Shown one piece after another: positions 9,592-18,307 of a stretch of DNA of 43,782 nt. This DNA comes from Eubacteriales bacterium (GTDB taxonomy: Bacteria > Bacillota > Clostridia > Oscillospirales > CAG-272). Below the pieces are notes generated by a model. The model saw only the letters and a list, made by a program, of their open reading frames with translations. It was not told the DNA's origin and did not search any database. A program made the translations under genes and the position numbers. Each line of letters begins with the position of its first letter. Positions within the stretch are counted from its first letter, which is position 1. The stretch lies in NCBI GenBank assembly GCA_045653185.1, contig JAZOLQ010000038.1, forward strand, positions 1 to 43,782, given 5' to 3'.

Positions 9592-11025
9592 TTAATTTGA
9601 TGTGTTGTTCAAAAGATCTTCTAAAATCTCAGTCAACGCCAAGGGATCGGCGCGGCCAGATGATTTTGCCATTGCCTTTCCGAATATAGCTTTTGCTGCG
9701 TGCTTTTTGCCATTCTTGTAATCGGATAGCGAGGACGGAGATTCGGCTATTGCTACTCTTGCAAAGTTAGCCAGAGTATCTTTATCTGATATCTGGAACA
9801 AATTCTCGGCTTCGGCTATCGTTATCGGTGAGATGTTCTCGTGAAAAATTCGCTTCATAAGTATCTTTGCGCTCGACGAGTTTATCCTTTTTGCGCCGAT
9901 AAGCTCAGATAGCTCGGCGATATACTTTGGCAAAAGAGATACTGAAAAGCTTTCCAACGGAGTCAGAGAGAGAAGCTGAGATATTATAAGATTTGCAAGT
10001 ATTTTCGGGTATTTTGTTTGCTCTGCCGCCTCTTCAAAATAGTCTGAAAGCGCGATATCTGAGGATATCACAGCGCTGTCGTAAGGCGTGAGAGAATAGC
10101 GCGAAATATAATTTTTCTGTCTTTCGTCGGGGAGAGTGGGAAGCTCGTCCCTAAGACACAGGATGTGCTCTTCGGATATTTCTATCGGAGGAAGATCGGG
10201 CTCGGGAAAATAACGGTAGTCGTCACTGTTTTCCTTTGCTCTCATAGAATACGTTTTTGAAGATTTCGGTTCAAAACGTCTCGTCTCTTGAAGAACAGAG
10301 CCGCCTGCGTCGAGAATTGCCGACTGTCTCTCGATTTCATAATCTATCGCTTTTGCGACGAAGGCAAAGGAATTGAGATTTTTGATCTCACAACGTGCGC
10401 CAAGCTCTCCAGAGCCAGCGGGGCTCAAGGATATATTTACGTCACATCTGAAAGAGCCTTCGTTCATCTTGCAGTCGGAAATCCCTGTGTAAAGTATGAT
10501 AGAACGCAGCTTTTTCAAATAAGCCTTCGCTTCCTCGGCTGAACGCATGTCGGGCTCTGACACTATTTCTATAAGCGGAACGCCGCAACGATTGAAGTCT
10601 ATCATAGTTCCGTATTGCTCTGAATGAACAAGCTTACCTGCATCCTCTTCAATATGTATTCGGGTGATGCCGATACGCTTTTGTAGAGACGGCGTCTCTA
10701 TAAAAATATATCCGTTACGGCAGAGTGGAATATCATACTGCGATATTTGATAAGCTTTTGGAAGATCGGGATAGAAATAGTTCTTTCTGTCCTGCTTTGA
10801 AAAGGCAGATATCTCGCAATTTGTGGCAAGTCCTGCTTTTATTGCGTAATCTACTGCTTTCTTGTTAAGCGTCGGCAGAGCACCGGGTAGTCCCATACAA
10901 ACGGGACAGCAAAGTGTGTTTGGCGGAGCGCCGAACTCGGTAGAGCAGGAACAAAATATCTTGCTCTTTGTCGAGAGCTCTACGTGTACTTCAAGACCGA
11001 TCACTGCTTCGTAGTTATTTTTCAT
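9592..11025 (-). CDS. gatB: Asp/Glu-tRNA amidotransferase subunit B
   Basis: The true start is the ATG at 11025 (MKNNYEAVIGLEVHVELSTKSKIFCSC...), giving 477 aa. The ORF-track start at 11301 merely runs on inside gatA. The start overlaps the gatA stop by 11 nt. Confidence 0.9.
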   Translation of the reverse strand: MKNNYEAVIGLEVHVELSTKSKIFCSCSTEFGAPPNTLCCPVCMGLPGALPTLNKKAVDYAIKAGLATNCEISAFSKQDRKNYFYPDLPKAYQISQYDIPLCRNGYIFIETPSLQKRIGITRIHIEEDAGKLVHSEQYGTMIDFNRCGVPLIEIVSEPDMRSAEEAKAYLKKLRSIILYTGISDCKMNEGSFRCDVNISLSPAGSGELGARCEIKNLNSFAFVAKAIDYEIERQSAILDAGGSVLQETRRFEPKSSKTYSMRAKENSDDYRYFPEPDLPPIEISEEHILCLRDELPTLPDERQKNYISRYSLTPYDSAVISSDIALSDYFEEAAEQTKYPKILANLIISQLLSLTPLESFSVSLLPKYIAELSELIGAKRINSSSAKILMKRIFHENISPITIAEAENLFQISDKDTLANFARVAIAESPSSLSDYKNGKKHAAKAIFGKAMAKSSGRADPLALTEILEDLLNNTSN

Positions 11026-12469
11026 ACTGCGCCTCCAAAAGTCTTTGTATTTCCAGCGCGGCGCAATATAATTGCTTTTCGGATAGTATATTTCCCGTAA
11101 GCTGAATGCCAACGGGCATAGAATTTTTATCAGATCCGCAGGGCAACGAGAGTGCGGGGAGTCCCGCAAGATTTGCTGCGACAGTGCATGCGTCGTCGGC
11201 ATAGATGTCGGCTGCACTTTTTCTTTGAATATTGAGACGATATGTCTCTGTGGGGGCGGTCGGCGAGAGAAGGATATCGCATAGCTCAAATGCTTTTGCA
11301 AGCTCTGACTTTATATTTTCGCGGACTTTTACTGCCCGCTTATAATATTCGTCTTGGTATCCTGCCGAGAGAACGAAAGTGCCGAGCATAAGTCTTCTTT
11401 TTACCTCTTTGCCAAAGCCGTCGCTTCGTGAGTTTTTATAGAGCTCGTCTAAGCTTGAAAAATTCTCGCATCTCTCTCCGTACCTCACTCCGTCAAATCT
11501 TGCAAGATTTGACGATGCCTCGGCGCTTGATATTACGTAATAAGCCTCTGCCGCGTATTTGAGAGAGGGAATGCTTATCTCGGATATTTGTGCGCCTGCG
11601 TTAGAAAGAAGGTCGGCTGTATGCAAAATTTTCTCCCTTACGCTTTTTGATATCGTTTCGCTTAAAAGTTCTTTGGGTAAAGCGAATTTTAAATTTTTTG
11701 CCGAGCATTCTGTTTGAGGAATAAAGTCCTCGCTTGACACGTTGAGAGACATACCGTCTCTTTTGTCGTATCCAGATATGGTGTTAAGAATCGCGGCATT
11801 GTCTTTTATACCTCTTGTGAGTATGCCTATTTGTTCAAGTGACGGTGCAAATGCAATAAGCCCGTAACGGGAAACTCTGCCATAGGTCGGCTTTATTCCT
11901 ATGAGACCGCAGAATGAGGCGGGTTGGCGCACCGAGCCGCCCGTGTCAGAGCCGAGCGCGGCGGGAACGAGACGTGCGGCGACTGCGGCGGCAGAGCCGC
12001 CCGAGCTTCCGCCTGCAGATCTAGTGTTATCAAGCGGGTTGCGGATAGTGCCGAAATAGGAATTTTCTCCCGTAGACCCCATCGCAAATTCGTCCATATT
12101 GGTCTTTCCGATTATTATAGCCCCCGCGCTTTTTAAACGTGATATCACGGTAGCGTCGTATGGCGGGATATAATTTGAAAGCATCTTTGAAGCGCATGTG
12201 GTGCGTATGTTTTCTGTGCAGATATTGTCTTTTATCGCTATCGGTATCCCGTCGAGTGCGCTAAGCGGCTCGCCTGCCGCACGTCTTGCGTCCGACCTTC
12301 TTGCCTCGTCTATTGCCGAGTCCTGACATACTGTTATAAATGCGTTCAGCTTTTTGTTTTCTGCCTCTATTTTTGAAAGATAAGCGCGCACAAGCTCTTC
12401 CGAGGAATATTCTTCCGATATAAGCGCTCTTGAATGAGACAATAAGTCTCTATTTGTTATATCTATCAT
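11015..12469 (-). CDS. gatA: Asp/Glu-tRNA amidotransferase subunit A (amidase)
   Basis: 484 aa with the amidase signature GGSSGGSAAAVAA and Ser-cisSer-Lys family features. Confidence 0.9.
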   Translation of the reverse strand: MIDITNRDLLSHSRALISEEYSSEELVRAYLSKIEAENKKLNAFITVCQDSAIDEARRSDARRAAGEPLSALDGIPIAIKDNICTENIRTTCASKMLSNYIPPYDATVISRLKSAGAIIIGKTNMDEFAMGSTGENSYFGTIRNPLDNTRSAGGSSGGSAAAVAARLVPAALGSDTGGSVRQPASFCGLIGIKPTYGRVSRYGLIAFAPSLEQIGILTRGIKDNAAILNTISGYDKRDGMSLNVSSEDFIPQTECSAKNLKFALPKELLSETISKSVREKILHTADLLSNAGAQISEISIPSLKYAAEAYYVISSAEASSNLARFDGVRYGERCENFSSLDELYKNSRSDGFGKEVKRRLMLGTFVLSAGYQDEYYKRAVKVRENIKSELAKAFELCDILLSPTAPTETYRLNIQRKSAADIYADDACTVAANLAGLPALSLPCGSDKNSMPVGIQLTGNILSEKQLYCAALEIQRLLEAQYEK

Positions 12470-12472
12470 GTC

Positions 12473-12772
12473 TTATGCCTCTATTACCTTTGGCACGGTG
12501 ACGTATCCGTTTTGCAGAGAGCTTGATGCCGATAATATTTTTTCGCGCGAAAAACTATCCTCGGGGATATCCTCACGCATAGAGCTTTTTTGAAACGCGG
12601 GTAGGGATATACCGTCGCAATGGCTTATGTCTTCGCCAAGTTTTGAGACAAATCCAACGATATCCTTCATATCCTTGAGGATAGCTTCTTTTTCTTCTTT
12701 ATTTATATTGAGTTTTGCCAGATCAGCGATATGTTCGCACAGAGTATCGTTCAAAACTAAGGTTTCTTTCAT
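12473..12772 (-). CDS. gatC: Asp/Glu-tRNA amidotransferase subunit C
   Basis: 99 aa, sited 3 nt upstream of gatA. The C-terminus is GatC-like (...MREDIPEDS...GYVTVPKVIE). Confidence 0.85.
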   Translation of the reverse strand: MKETLVLNDTLCEHIADLAKLNINKEEKEAILKDMKDIVGFVSKLGEDISHCDGISLPAFQKSSMREDIPEDSFSREKILSASSSLQNGYVTVPKVIEA

Positions 12773-12792
12773 ATTCTTTCCTTTATAACTTA

Positions 12793-12812
12793 CGGGAGGA
12801 ACACTCCTCCCG
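12793..12812 (-). other. Intercistronic GC-rich stem-loop between rlmH and gatC (no U-tract)
   Basis: CGGGAGGA and TCCTCCCG form a perfect 8-bp stem with a 4-nt loop. On the mRNA strand the hairpin is followed by UAAGUUAUAAAGG, so it is not a canonical terminator. Confidence 0.4.
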
Positions 12813-12819
12813 TGAAGAA

Positions 12820-13299
12820 TTATTTGTGATATTTTGTTCCAGCGTTGATATTAAACGCGCGGTAAACTGCTTCAAGAAGTATGACCCTTAAAAGCTGGTG
12901 GGGGAAGGTAAGCTCTGAAAAAGAGAGCTTCATATCACAGGCCGCCTTTACCTTGTCGGATAGTCCGTGAGAGCTTCCTATTACAAAGCAGACCTCGCTG
13001 TGCTCTGCGGAGACCGAGGCGAGCTTTTCGGCAAGCTTTTCGGAGGACAGCTGTTTTCCCTCAACGCACATGGCAATCTTATATGCTCTTGCCGACATTT
13101 CGGCGAGAATACTTTTGGATTCTTCGTCAAGAGCCATATCGATCTCCTTTTCCGAGGGTGAGTCGGGTATTCTTGCTTCTTTTAACTGAACGATAGAGAG
13201 CTTGCAGAAGGCAGAGAGGCGCTTTGAATATTCCGCAACAGCATCCTTAAAGTAAGATTCTTTAAGAGTTCCCACACATATTATCTTAATCGAAAGCAT
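12820..13299 (-). CDS. rlmH: 23S rRNA (pseudouridine1915-N3)-methyltransferase RlmH (SPOUT)
   Basis: 159 aa, MLSIKIICVGTLKE...FVIGSSHGL...TFPHQL, a typical RlmH/YbeA pattern. It overlaps the upstream MBL hydrolase gene by 14 nt, matching the Bacillus arrangement in which walJ is followed by rlmH. Confidence 0.85.
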   Translation of the reverse strand: MLSIKIICVGTLKESYFKDAVAEYSKRLSAFCKLSIVQLKEARIPDSPSEKEIDMALDEESKSILAEMSARAYKIAMCVEGKQLSSEKLAEKLASVSAEHSEVCFVIGSSHGLSDKVKAACDMKLSFSELTFPHQLLRVILLEAVYRAFNINAGTKYHK

Positions 13300-14104
13300 A
13301 GTCGGTCGTCTCCTTATGTAAGATCATTTCGGTAGGCAGCATAGGCGACGCTACGTTTATTGCTATACGCGGGTCGGCGATGCTTGATATAAATTCGTCA
13401 AGAGCTGTATCGGGAGTATTGTTTTCCTCGCTCAGATGCGCCAGCATAAATGATGACGTTCCCATATTTGCGAGATGAGCTGCAAAAACGGCGCTTGAAC
13501 GGTTGGAAAGGTGACCCCTGTTTGAGAGTATCCGTTTTTTCAGGTCGTAAGGATATGGGCCGTTTTTGAGCATATCCTCGTCGTGATTTGCTTCAAGGAT
13601 CACCGCCTCACAACCTTCAAGATTGTTGCATATTTCTTTTGTAACGTATCCGATATCGGTGGCGACTCCAATGGAATGAGAGCCGTTTGCGTCAAGGAAA
13701 TTTATTCTGTATCCCACGCACATCATACTGTCATGAGGTACAGCAAAGGAGTTTATGCAGATATTGCCAAGCTCCACCGAGTATATCGAGTCGTGGCGTA
13801 CAAGATTTTTGTGTATGAAGGATTGGGGGTCACGGTCAAATTTTTTTGCGCTGACGTCGGTTATATGAATCGGGATCTCATGCTTTTTACTGATAACTTC
13901 AAGCGCTGATATATGGTCCGAGTGCTCGTGGGTCACAAAGATAGCCGCTATATTTTTTATGTCTGTTCCTATATCCGAGAGCGCGCGGCAGAGGGCGCGT
14001 GCGTTTTTGCCTGCATCTATAAGTATCTCCACTCCCGCGGCTGATATGTATAGAGAGTTTCCTTTTGACCCCGAATACAGAGAGTAGATTCTAATATCTG
14101 TCAT
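13286..14104 (-). CDS. MBL-fold metallo-hydrolase (YycJ/WalJ-like)
   Basis: 272 aa with the HEHSDH metal motif near residue 58 and an N-terminus typical of the YycJ family (LYSGSKGNSLYIS). Confidence 0.75.
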   Translation of the reverse strand: MTDIRIYSLYSGSKGNSLYISAAGVEILIDAGKNARALCRALSDIGTDIKNIAAIFVTHEHSDHISALEVISKKHEIPIHITDVSAKKFDRDPQSFIHKNLVRHDSIYSVELGNICINSFAVPHDSMMCVGYRINFLDANGSHSIGVATDIGYVTKEICNNLEGCEAVILEANHDEDMLKNGPYPYDLKKRILSNRGHLSNRSSAVFAAHLANMGTSSFMLAHLSEENNTPDTALDEFISSIADPRIAINVASPMLPTEMILHKETTDYAFD

Positions 14105-14499
14105 ATTGATGAAACAAGGTCAAGCAGGAAGGGAATTATCCAAAGCTCGATCATATCTATGAGAAAGGTTAAAAGGAAGGAGAGTATGACTATGAGCATC
14201 CATTTTGATTTTTCAAAGCGTTTAACGCCGCTCTCTATAAAGCTTTCTTTTTTCTCGTCGCTCCAGCTTTCAGGTAACATTTCGGCTGTGATGCCGCGGC
14301 GTGAAAAACCGCGGTTATAGATTACGTAGACAAGCACGAAAACCGTTTCTATTGCCATATATGATATAAGAGCCGCCTCAAAGAAGCAGAGATATATCAT
14401 AAAGCGGTATATCGCAAAGACTATTGCCGAAAGCAATACGAGCGATACAAGATACACCCAAGTGCTTTTTTTGAATTTTGAAGGTTTTTTTTCAGACAT
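14101..14499 (-). CDS. Hypothetical membrane protein (132 aa, ~3 TM)
   Basis: ATG at 14499. The stop overlaps the MBL hydrolase start (ATGA, 14101-14104). Hydrophobic segments are visible. Confidence 0.55.
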   Translation of the reverse strand: MSEKKPSKFKKSTWVYLVSLVLLSAIVFAIYRFMIYLCFFEAALISYMAIETVFVLVYVIYNRGFSRRGITAEMLPESWSDEKKESFIESGVKRFEKSKWMLIVILSFLLTFLIDMIELWIIPFLLDLVSSI

Positions 14500-14663
14500 T
14501 TCAGACCACCGTTACAGCGCCTCGGCGCGAATTTTAAAAATTGAATATCCCTCTCCAAAACAAGATAGACAAGTTTCGTCAGGTAAAATATACGAGATAA
14601 TTATAACACAAACACTCTTTTTGGGCAATAGTATTTTAAAATTGTAAAATAAAAAATACACTA

Positions 14664-14692
14664 TTGAAAAACATTGTTCAATATTGTATAAT
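14664..14692 (+). promoter_or_regulatory. Sigma-A type promoter for the 14744 membrane-protein gene
   Basis: TTGAAA (14664-14669), a 17-nt spacer, then TATAAT (14687-14692). Confidence 0.55.
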
Positions 14693-14743
14693 TATATATA
14701 AGTTAAAACACTGAACAATGCGATTTTTTGGAGTGTAAAACAT

Positions 14744-15562
14744 ATGAAATATTTTAAAAGGTTCACGGATTTTTGCGCAGGCTTATCGGCATTTATGGTT
14801 GCTATCAGTCTGCTAGGAAAGTTTATTGGATATAATCCCGAAAAAGCGGAAGGTATGCTTGAAAAGCTCAAATTGTTTTTTTTCGCAGACAATATGAGCA
14901 AAAACAAATATCAGTTGATATTGATAATTCTGTTTGTGATGTCTCTCGTAGTCAGCAGAGTCTTTGAGCGTCTGCCTTGTGTTACGATGGCGGTCTCGCT
15001 CTTGCCGCTCCTTCAGAGCTTTTTTATCTTTGTCGATAAGAATTTTGATAACTATTCGTGGCTGCATATCATCTTTGCCGTTTTGCACACGGCAGGCAGT
15101 TTGGTATATGCGCTTACGCTTGACCGCGCGGACGGAAAGCGGCGGGCGTTTTGGACGGTCAATATCTTTGGGGGAGTCATTTCGCTCTGTGTTATACCGA
15201 TAGTGATGCGTATGTCAAGGCTTTCAAAGCTTGAAGGAATTGAAAAAATCAACTTGTTGCCGTTTGATAGCAAGCTGCAGATAGGAATAGAAAGCGGAGC
15301 TGATAAGATACTCATAAGAATTGCTATTATGATAGCAATAGCGGTGATAATAAGCATACTTCTCAGGGATATATATTTCATAGACGCGGTGCTTGCCACA
15401 GTTCCGCTTATCTACTCTTTGTACGTCTTCAGCGCCGAGATACTCAAATCCCTTGCGCTTGAATGCTTTTTACTGGTTTTGCTCTATTTTGTATTCCGTA
15501 TAGCGATTATGATATTTGAGCCTATGAAGAAGAAAAAAGAGAAAAAGCCGATGAATATATAA
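14744..15562 (+). CDS. Hypothetical polytopic membrane protein (272 aa)
   Basis: ATG at 14744 with GGAG 11 nt upstream. There are multiple hydrophobic helices and a Lys-rich C-terminus. No family was recognised. Confidence 0.6.
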   Translation: MKYFKRFTDFCAGLSAFMVAISLLGKFIGYNPEKAEGMLEKLKLFFFADNMSKNKYQLILIILFVMSLVVSRVFERLPCVTMAVSLLPLLQSFFIFVDKNFDNYSWLHIIFAVLHTAGSLVYALTLDRADGKRRAFWTVNIFGGVISLCVIPIVMRMSRLSKLEGIEKINLLPFDSKLQIGIESGADKILIRIAIMIAIAVIISILLRDIYFIDAVLATVPLIYSLYVFSAEILKSLALECFLLVLLYFVFRIAIMIFEPMKKKKEKKPMNI

Positions 15563-15566
15563 AAAT

Positions 15567-15609
15567 ATCGGATAAGTTGTAGCTCTTTGAAAACTACGAC
15601 TTATCCGAT
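15567..15609. terminator. Long stem-loop between convergent genes
   Basis: ATCGGATAAGTTGTAG (15567-15582) pairs with CTACGACTTATCCGAT (15594-15609), a 16-bp stem with one mismatch. Confidence 0.6.
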
Positions 15610-15647
15610 CTTTATGTATAAATACATGGCGGATGCTCTGCGGAAGT

Positions 15648-16193
15648 TTAGTGTTTGAATGTGTTCCTGAGCGTTCTTGAAGATAAGAGGGCGGATGTGA
15701 GAAGAGTTCCGCCGATGACGCCTGCGATTGCCTGCAGGCAGTTTCCTGTCACACTTGCAAGCGCGCCCATTCCATATCCGAGAAGGAAGGCTTCGTAAAG
15801 GAAATATCCGCACACCATAATAGCCTCGCCTAATATTGCGGAGATGACGCGAGGAAGTAGATTTATCTTATTCGTTGAGTCGTTTTTTTTGAATGCGTTG
15901 AATAAGAGCGCCGCGACCACGGCAACTGCAGCCTTTATAATAAAGGTTGCGGGAGCATATATGACATAGCTCATAAGCACGTCGGCAAGTGCCGTACCGA
16001 CGCCCGCCGCTATCGCGCCGAAAACAGGTCCGAGAGTCCACGCCGATACCAGAACGAAAATGTCGCCGAGGTTAAAATATCCAAATGGCAGAGGAATTGC
16101 GATAAAGGTAGCTGCGCAGCATAGTGCGGCGAACATAGCTGTAAATGCTATGTTTTTAGAGGAGATATGTCTCCTTGTCGTTTGTCTGTTCAT
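15648..16193 (-). CDS. ECF-transporter substrate-specific (S) component, substrate unknown
   Basis: 181 aa with 5-6 TM segments. The motif PLPFGYFNLGDIFVLVSAWTLGPVFGAIAAGVGTALADV is typical of ECF S-components. Confidence 0.65.
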   Translation of the reverse strand: MNRQTTRRHISSKNIAFTAMFAALCCAATFIAIPLPFGYFNLGDIFVLVSAWTLGPVFGAIAAGVGTALADVLMSYVIYAPATFIIKAAVAVVAALLFNAFKKNDSTNKINLLPRVISAILGEAIMVCGYFLYEAFLLGYGMGALASVTGNCLQAIAGVIGGTLLTSALLSSRTLRNTFKH

Positions 16194-16259
16194 TGTTTAT
16201 GTAATCCTTTCGAAGTTTGATCAAAGATGATTTTTAGAGAGATATCCCAAATACCGTTA

Positions 16260-16310
16260 TTCGAGGCTCGACATACAAGTGTACGTCGAACCCCGAGCTT
16301 TTTTATTTTG
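16260..16310 (+). terminator. Terminator-like hairpin oriented on the + strand between two minus-strand genes
   Basis: TTCGAGGCTCGAC (16260-16272) pairs with GTCGAACCCCGAG (16285-16297) around a 12-nt loop, followed by CTTTTTTATTTTG. On the minus strand the two mismatches become G-U pairs, but no U-tract follows. Confidence 0.4.
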
Positions 16311-16323
16311 TCAAGTATGAGGG

Positions 16324-17049
16324 TCACGCTTGATTTTCTGTTATTACCTCTGCTACAAGGCAGGTATCGTTTGCTTCGTTGACTGTTTTAAAATAATATC
16401 TTCCGTCTTTGTTTGCGCCGTAAAACGTCAGTGTGTCGCCGAATGCCGACTCGTGTACAAATTCGAGGGTCATCTCGCGTATTTTCGGTATTTCGTCGAT
16501 TGGCATAAAGTCGCAGAGCATATCGGGATAACGGGTGTTGTTCATGTGCATATTATAGTCGATGTCGGAATATCTGATGTCGCGCTTTCCGAGAATAGTT
16601 ATATCCTGCGCCTCGGGCGGTCTTATCCTTCTCGGCACGTTTATCTCAAGCATCTCATCGGGCTCGACGCCAAGCGAGAAACTGTCGCTCCTTGCAAGCT
16701 TTTTTTCGTCAAGGTCTATAAGAGCCCAAAATGAGACAGCCTCGGCAACAAGCTCGCCGTCCTTGTGGATATCAAAGCATCTGTTAAAGGTATAGCCTCT
16801 GCTATCACAGGTCCAAGTACGAGCGTCTATCGAGTCGTAGGCAAAGAGCGGTTTGTGAAAGACCAGCTTTATCTTGCTCAATATAAACGCGAGTTTTTTT
16901 GTGTCTCTGAGCTCATCTAAGGAGAGGCCTGCGCTGTCAAGCTGGCGGTTTGCGGTCTCCTGCATATAAACGAGCATTTCGGACGGACGAACGTGACGCG
17001 AGGCATCTGTGTCGTGCCATCTTACCTTCATTATTTCTGTGTACTTCAT
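16324..17049 (-). CDS. Acyl-[acyl-carrier-protein] thioesterase
   Basis: 241 aa with a double hot-dog pattern (VRWHDTDASRHVRPSEMLVYMQE... and DIRYSDIDYNMHMNNTRY). Confidence 0.75.
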   Translation of the reverse strand: MKYTEIMKVRWHDTDASRHVRPSEMLVYMQETANRQLDSAGLSLDELRDTKKLAFILSKIKLVFHKPLFAYDSIDARTWTCDSRGYTFNRCFDIHKDGELVAEAVSFWALIDLDEKKLARSDSFSLGVEPDEMLEINVPRRIRPPEAQDITILGKRDIRYSDIDYNMHMNNTRYPDMLCDFMPIDEIPKIREMTLEFVHESAFGDTLTFYGANKDGRYYFKTVNEANDTCLVAEVITENQA

Positions 17050-17078
17050 TTACATTTTTCTCCCGATTTGCTTTACTC

Positions 17079-17107
17079 ATTTTACCACAAAATCTCAAAA
17101 AAATCAA
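17079..17107 (-). promoter_or_regulatory. Extended -10 promoter for the thioesterase gene
   Basis: The minus strand reads TTGATT (17107-17102), a 17-nt spacer ending in TGg, then TAAAAT (17084-17079). Confidence 0.5.
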
Positions 17108-17139
17108 GAAAAAATATATTTTTTTACAATTATTTTATC

Positions 17140-17568
17140 TTATGCCGTAACTATCCCCGGGGGGACGTCTCCGGAAATGCCTTCGCTGGTATCGGGCATT
17201 GTACGCTCGGCGACGGCGCTGGCGTCTCCAAGACCGAAGCTTACGGCAATAGCTGTGTTTACCTCGTTCATAACTCCATCGTCAAGATGCCCCATCTTTT
17301 CCTTTAGTCTGCGTTTGTCAAGCGTTCTTATCTGTTCAAGCAAAACGACTGAATCCTTCGCAAGACCGACCTTGTCTGCATAAATATCGATATGAGTAGG
17401 CAATCGCGTTTTGCCAAGCCTCGAGGTTATTGCCGCGGCAATGACCGTTGGACTGTATTTGTTACCGATATCATTCTGAATTATGAGAACGGGGCGGAGA
17501 CCCCCTTGTTCAGAGCCGACCACGGGGCTTAGATCGGCGTAATAGATATCTCCTCGTTTAACACTCAT
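17140..17568 (-). CDS. mazF: MazF/EndoA (PemK family) mRNA interferase toxin
   Basis: [49 protein letters not shown]...LPTHI...[17 protein letters not shown] aligns closely with B. subtilis EndoA as I recall that sequence. The ATG at 17568 matches the EndoA start, and the ORF-track start at 17616 is a TTG. A ~25-aa C-terminal tail is extra. Confidence 0.85.
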   Translation of the reverse strand: MSVKRGDIYYADLSPVVGSEQGGLRPVLIIQNDIGNKYSPTVIAAAITSRLGKTRLPTHIDIYADKVGLAKDSVVLLEQIRTLDKRRLKEKMGHLDDGVMNEVNTAIAVSFGLGDASAVAERTMPDTSEGISGDVPPGIVTA

Positions 17569-17813
17569 TTTTTGTTTACCAAGCCTTTCTGATAGCCTCT
17601 TTATAAAAGAGGTCAAAACTTTTTCCGTACAAGTATATTTTTACCGTGTTTACCCCGTCTTTAAACACGCAAAGAAATATTTGACGTAGGAATTTTTATC
17701 CTATAATATTATGAGAAACGACATGCTACAAAAGTCGTTCCCCTATTATTTTATTTTGGGACTACTGCTTGTGTTAAAAATATAAGGTGAGGAGAATTGA
17801 AGTTTTGTGAGGT

Positions 17814-17849
17814 GAAAAAAGCGGCTGTGCTCAGAGGCCCAGCCGCTTT
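17814..17849 (-). terminator. Rho-independent terminator closing the Zn-ribbon/sigma-like operon
   Basis: The minus strand reads AAGCGGCTG-GGCCTCTGAGCA-CAGCCGCTT followed by TTTTTT. Confidence 0.8.
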
Positions 17850-17905
17850 AAAAATGCCGTCAATAGTGCTTTTGACTAATTCAGTAAAAATTTTTGTCTT
17901 GTATA

Positions 17906-18307
17906 TTACGGTATCTCGTGGAAAGAAGAAGTTGAATTTTGGTTTCTCAGCTTCAGCTCCTCGCCTGCCATAATGAGAGCTCGGCGTCTCATTCTGAAGG
18001 CAGTGCTTCTGCCTATTCCCAAAAGCTCTCCGCAACGCTCTATGCTCTCGCCTTTTATATAGTGATAATAAAGCATAAGCTTTTCATCGGAGTTTTTGAG
18101 CGACATGATAAAATGCCGTATCTCAAACATTCTCGCCCTCGCAAGCGGGGTCTCGCCGTATGCTTCAAAATCCTTTTCGCTTGTATGGAAGTATTCTTTT
18201 TCGTATCGGTCAAGGCGCAACAGCTTTCTGTTCATTTGATACCCGCGCAGATAGTTGTCGGTCCTCTCTATAAGTTTATCTATCTCTATTTTGCTATTCT
18301 TGTCCAT
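17906..18307 (-). CDS. Sigma-70 region-4 type HTH protein (ArpU/phage late-activator-like)
   Basis: ATG at 18307 is preceded by GGAGAAAAA. The protein is 133 aa with a C-terminal HTH (IERCGELLGIGRSTAFRMRRRALIMAG), and its size matches small phage or ICE sigma-like regulators. The ORF-track start at 18337 lacks an RBS. Confidence 0.55.
   Translation of the reverse strand: MDKNSKIEIDKLIERTDNYLRGYQMNRKLLRLDRYEKEYFHTSEKDFEAYGETPLARARMFEIRHFIMSLKNSDEKLMLYYHYIKGESIERCGELLGIGRSTAFRMRRRALIMAGEELKLRNQNSTSSFHEIP

Noticed and set aside
9592-11301. N-terminal extensions suggested by the ORF track for gatB (to 11301), rpe (to 22739), the yicC-like gene (to 42983), mazF (to 17616), gmk (to 41773), the GDPD/IMPase gene (from 27595) and the LRR gene (from 8686)
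   Set aside because: In each case the extension overlaps the upstream gene or begins at a TTG or other alternative codon without an SD. An internal ATG with a good RBS coincides with the conserved N-terminus of the protein family.
16280-16295. GGTTCGAC string resembling a tRNA T-arm
   Set aside because: No acceptor, D or anticodon arms can be built around it. It is simply one arm of the 16260-16297 hairpin.
17577-17669. 30-codon GTG ORF ([30 protein letters not shown]) ending 9 nt before the mazF ATG, as a candidate mini-MazE
   Set aside because: It has no Shine-Dalgarno sequence, a non-ATG start, and no resemblance to the AbrB-fold or RHH antitoxins I know.
17681-17757. Plus-strand TTGACG...TATAAT/TAATAT followed by a hairpin (AACGAC...GTCGTT) and a T-rich run, as a possible ~45-nt antisense or antitoxin RNA upstream of mazF
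   Set aside because: The -35/-10 spacing is ambiguous (15 or 17 nt). The stem is only 6 bp and AT-rich. The region is so AT-rich that such patterns are expected by chance. There are no tandem repeats of the kind seen in type III antitoxin RNAs. It is worth checking in RNA-seq but is not supportable from sequence alone.
17751-18035. 94-aa minus-strand ORF overlapping the 3' end of the sigma-like gene and running through its terminator
   Set aside because: It runs through a strong terminator hairpin and overlaps a better-supported gene out of frame.
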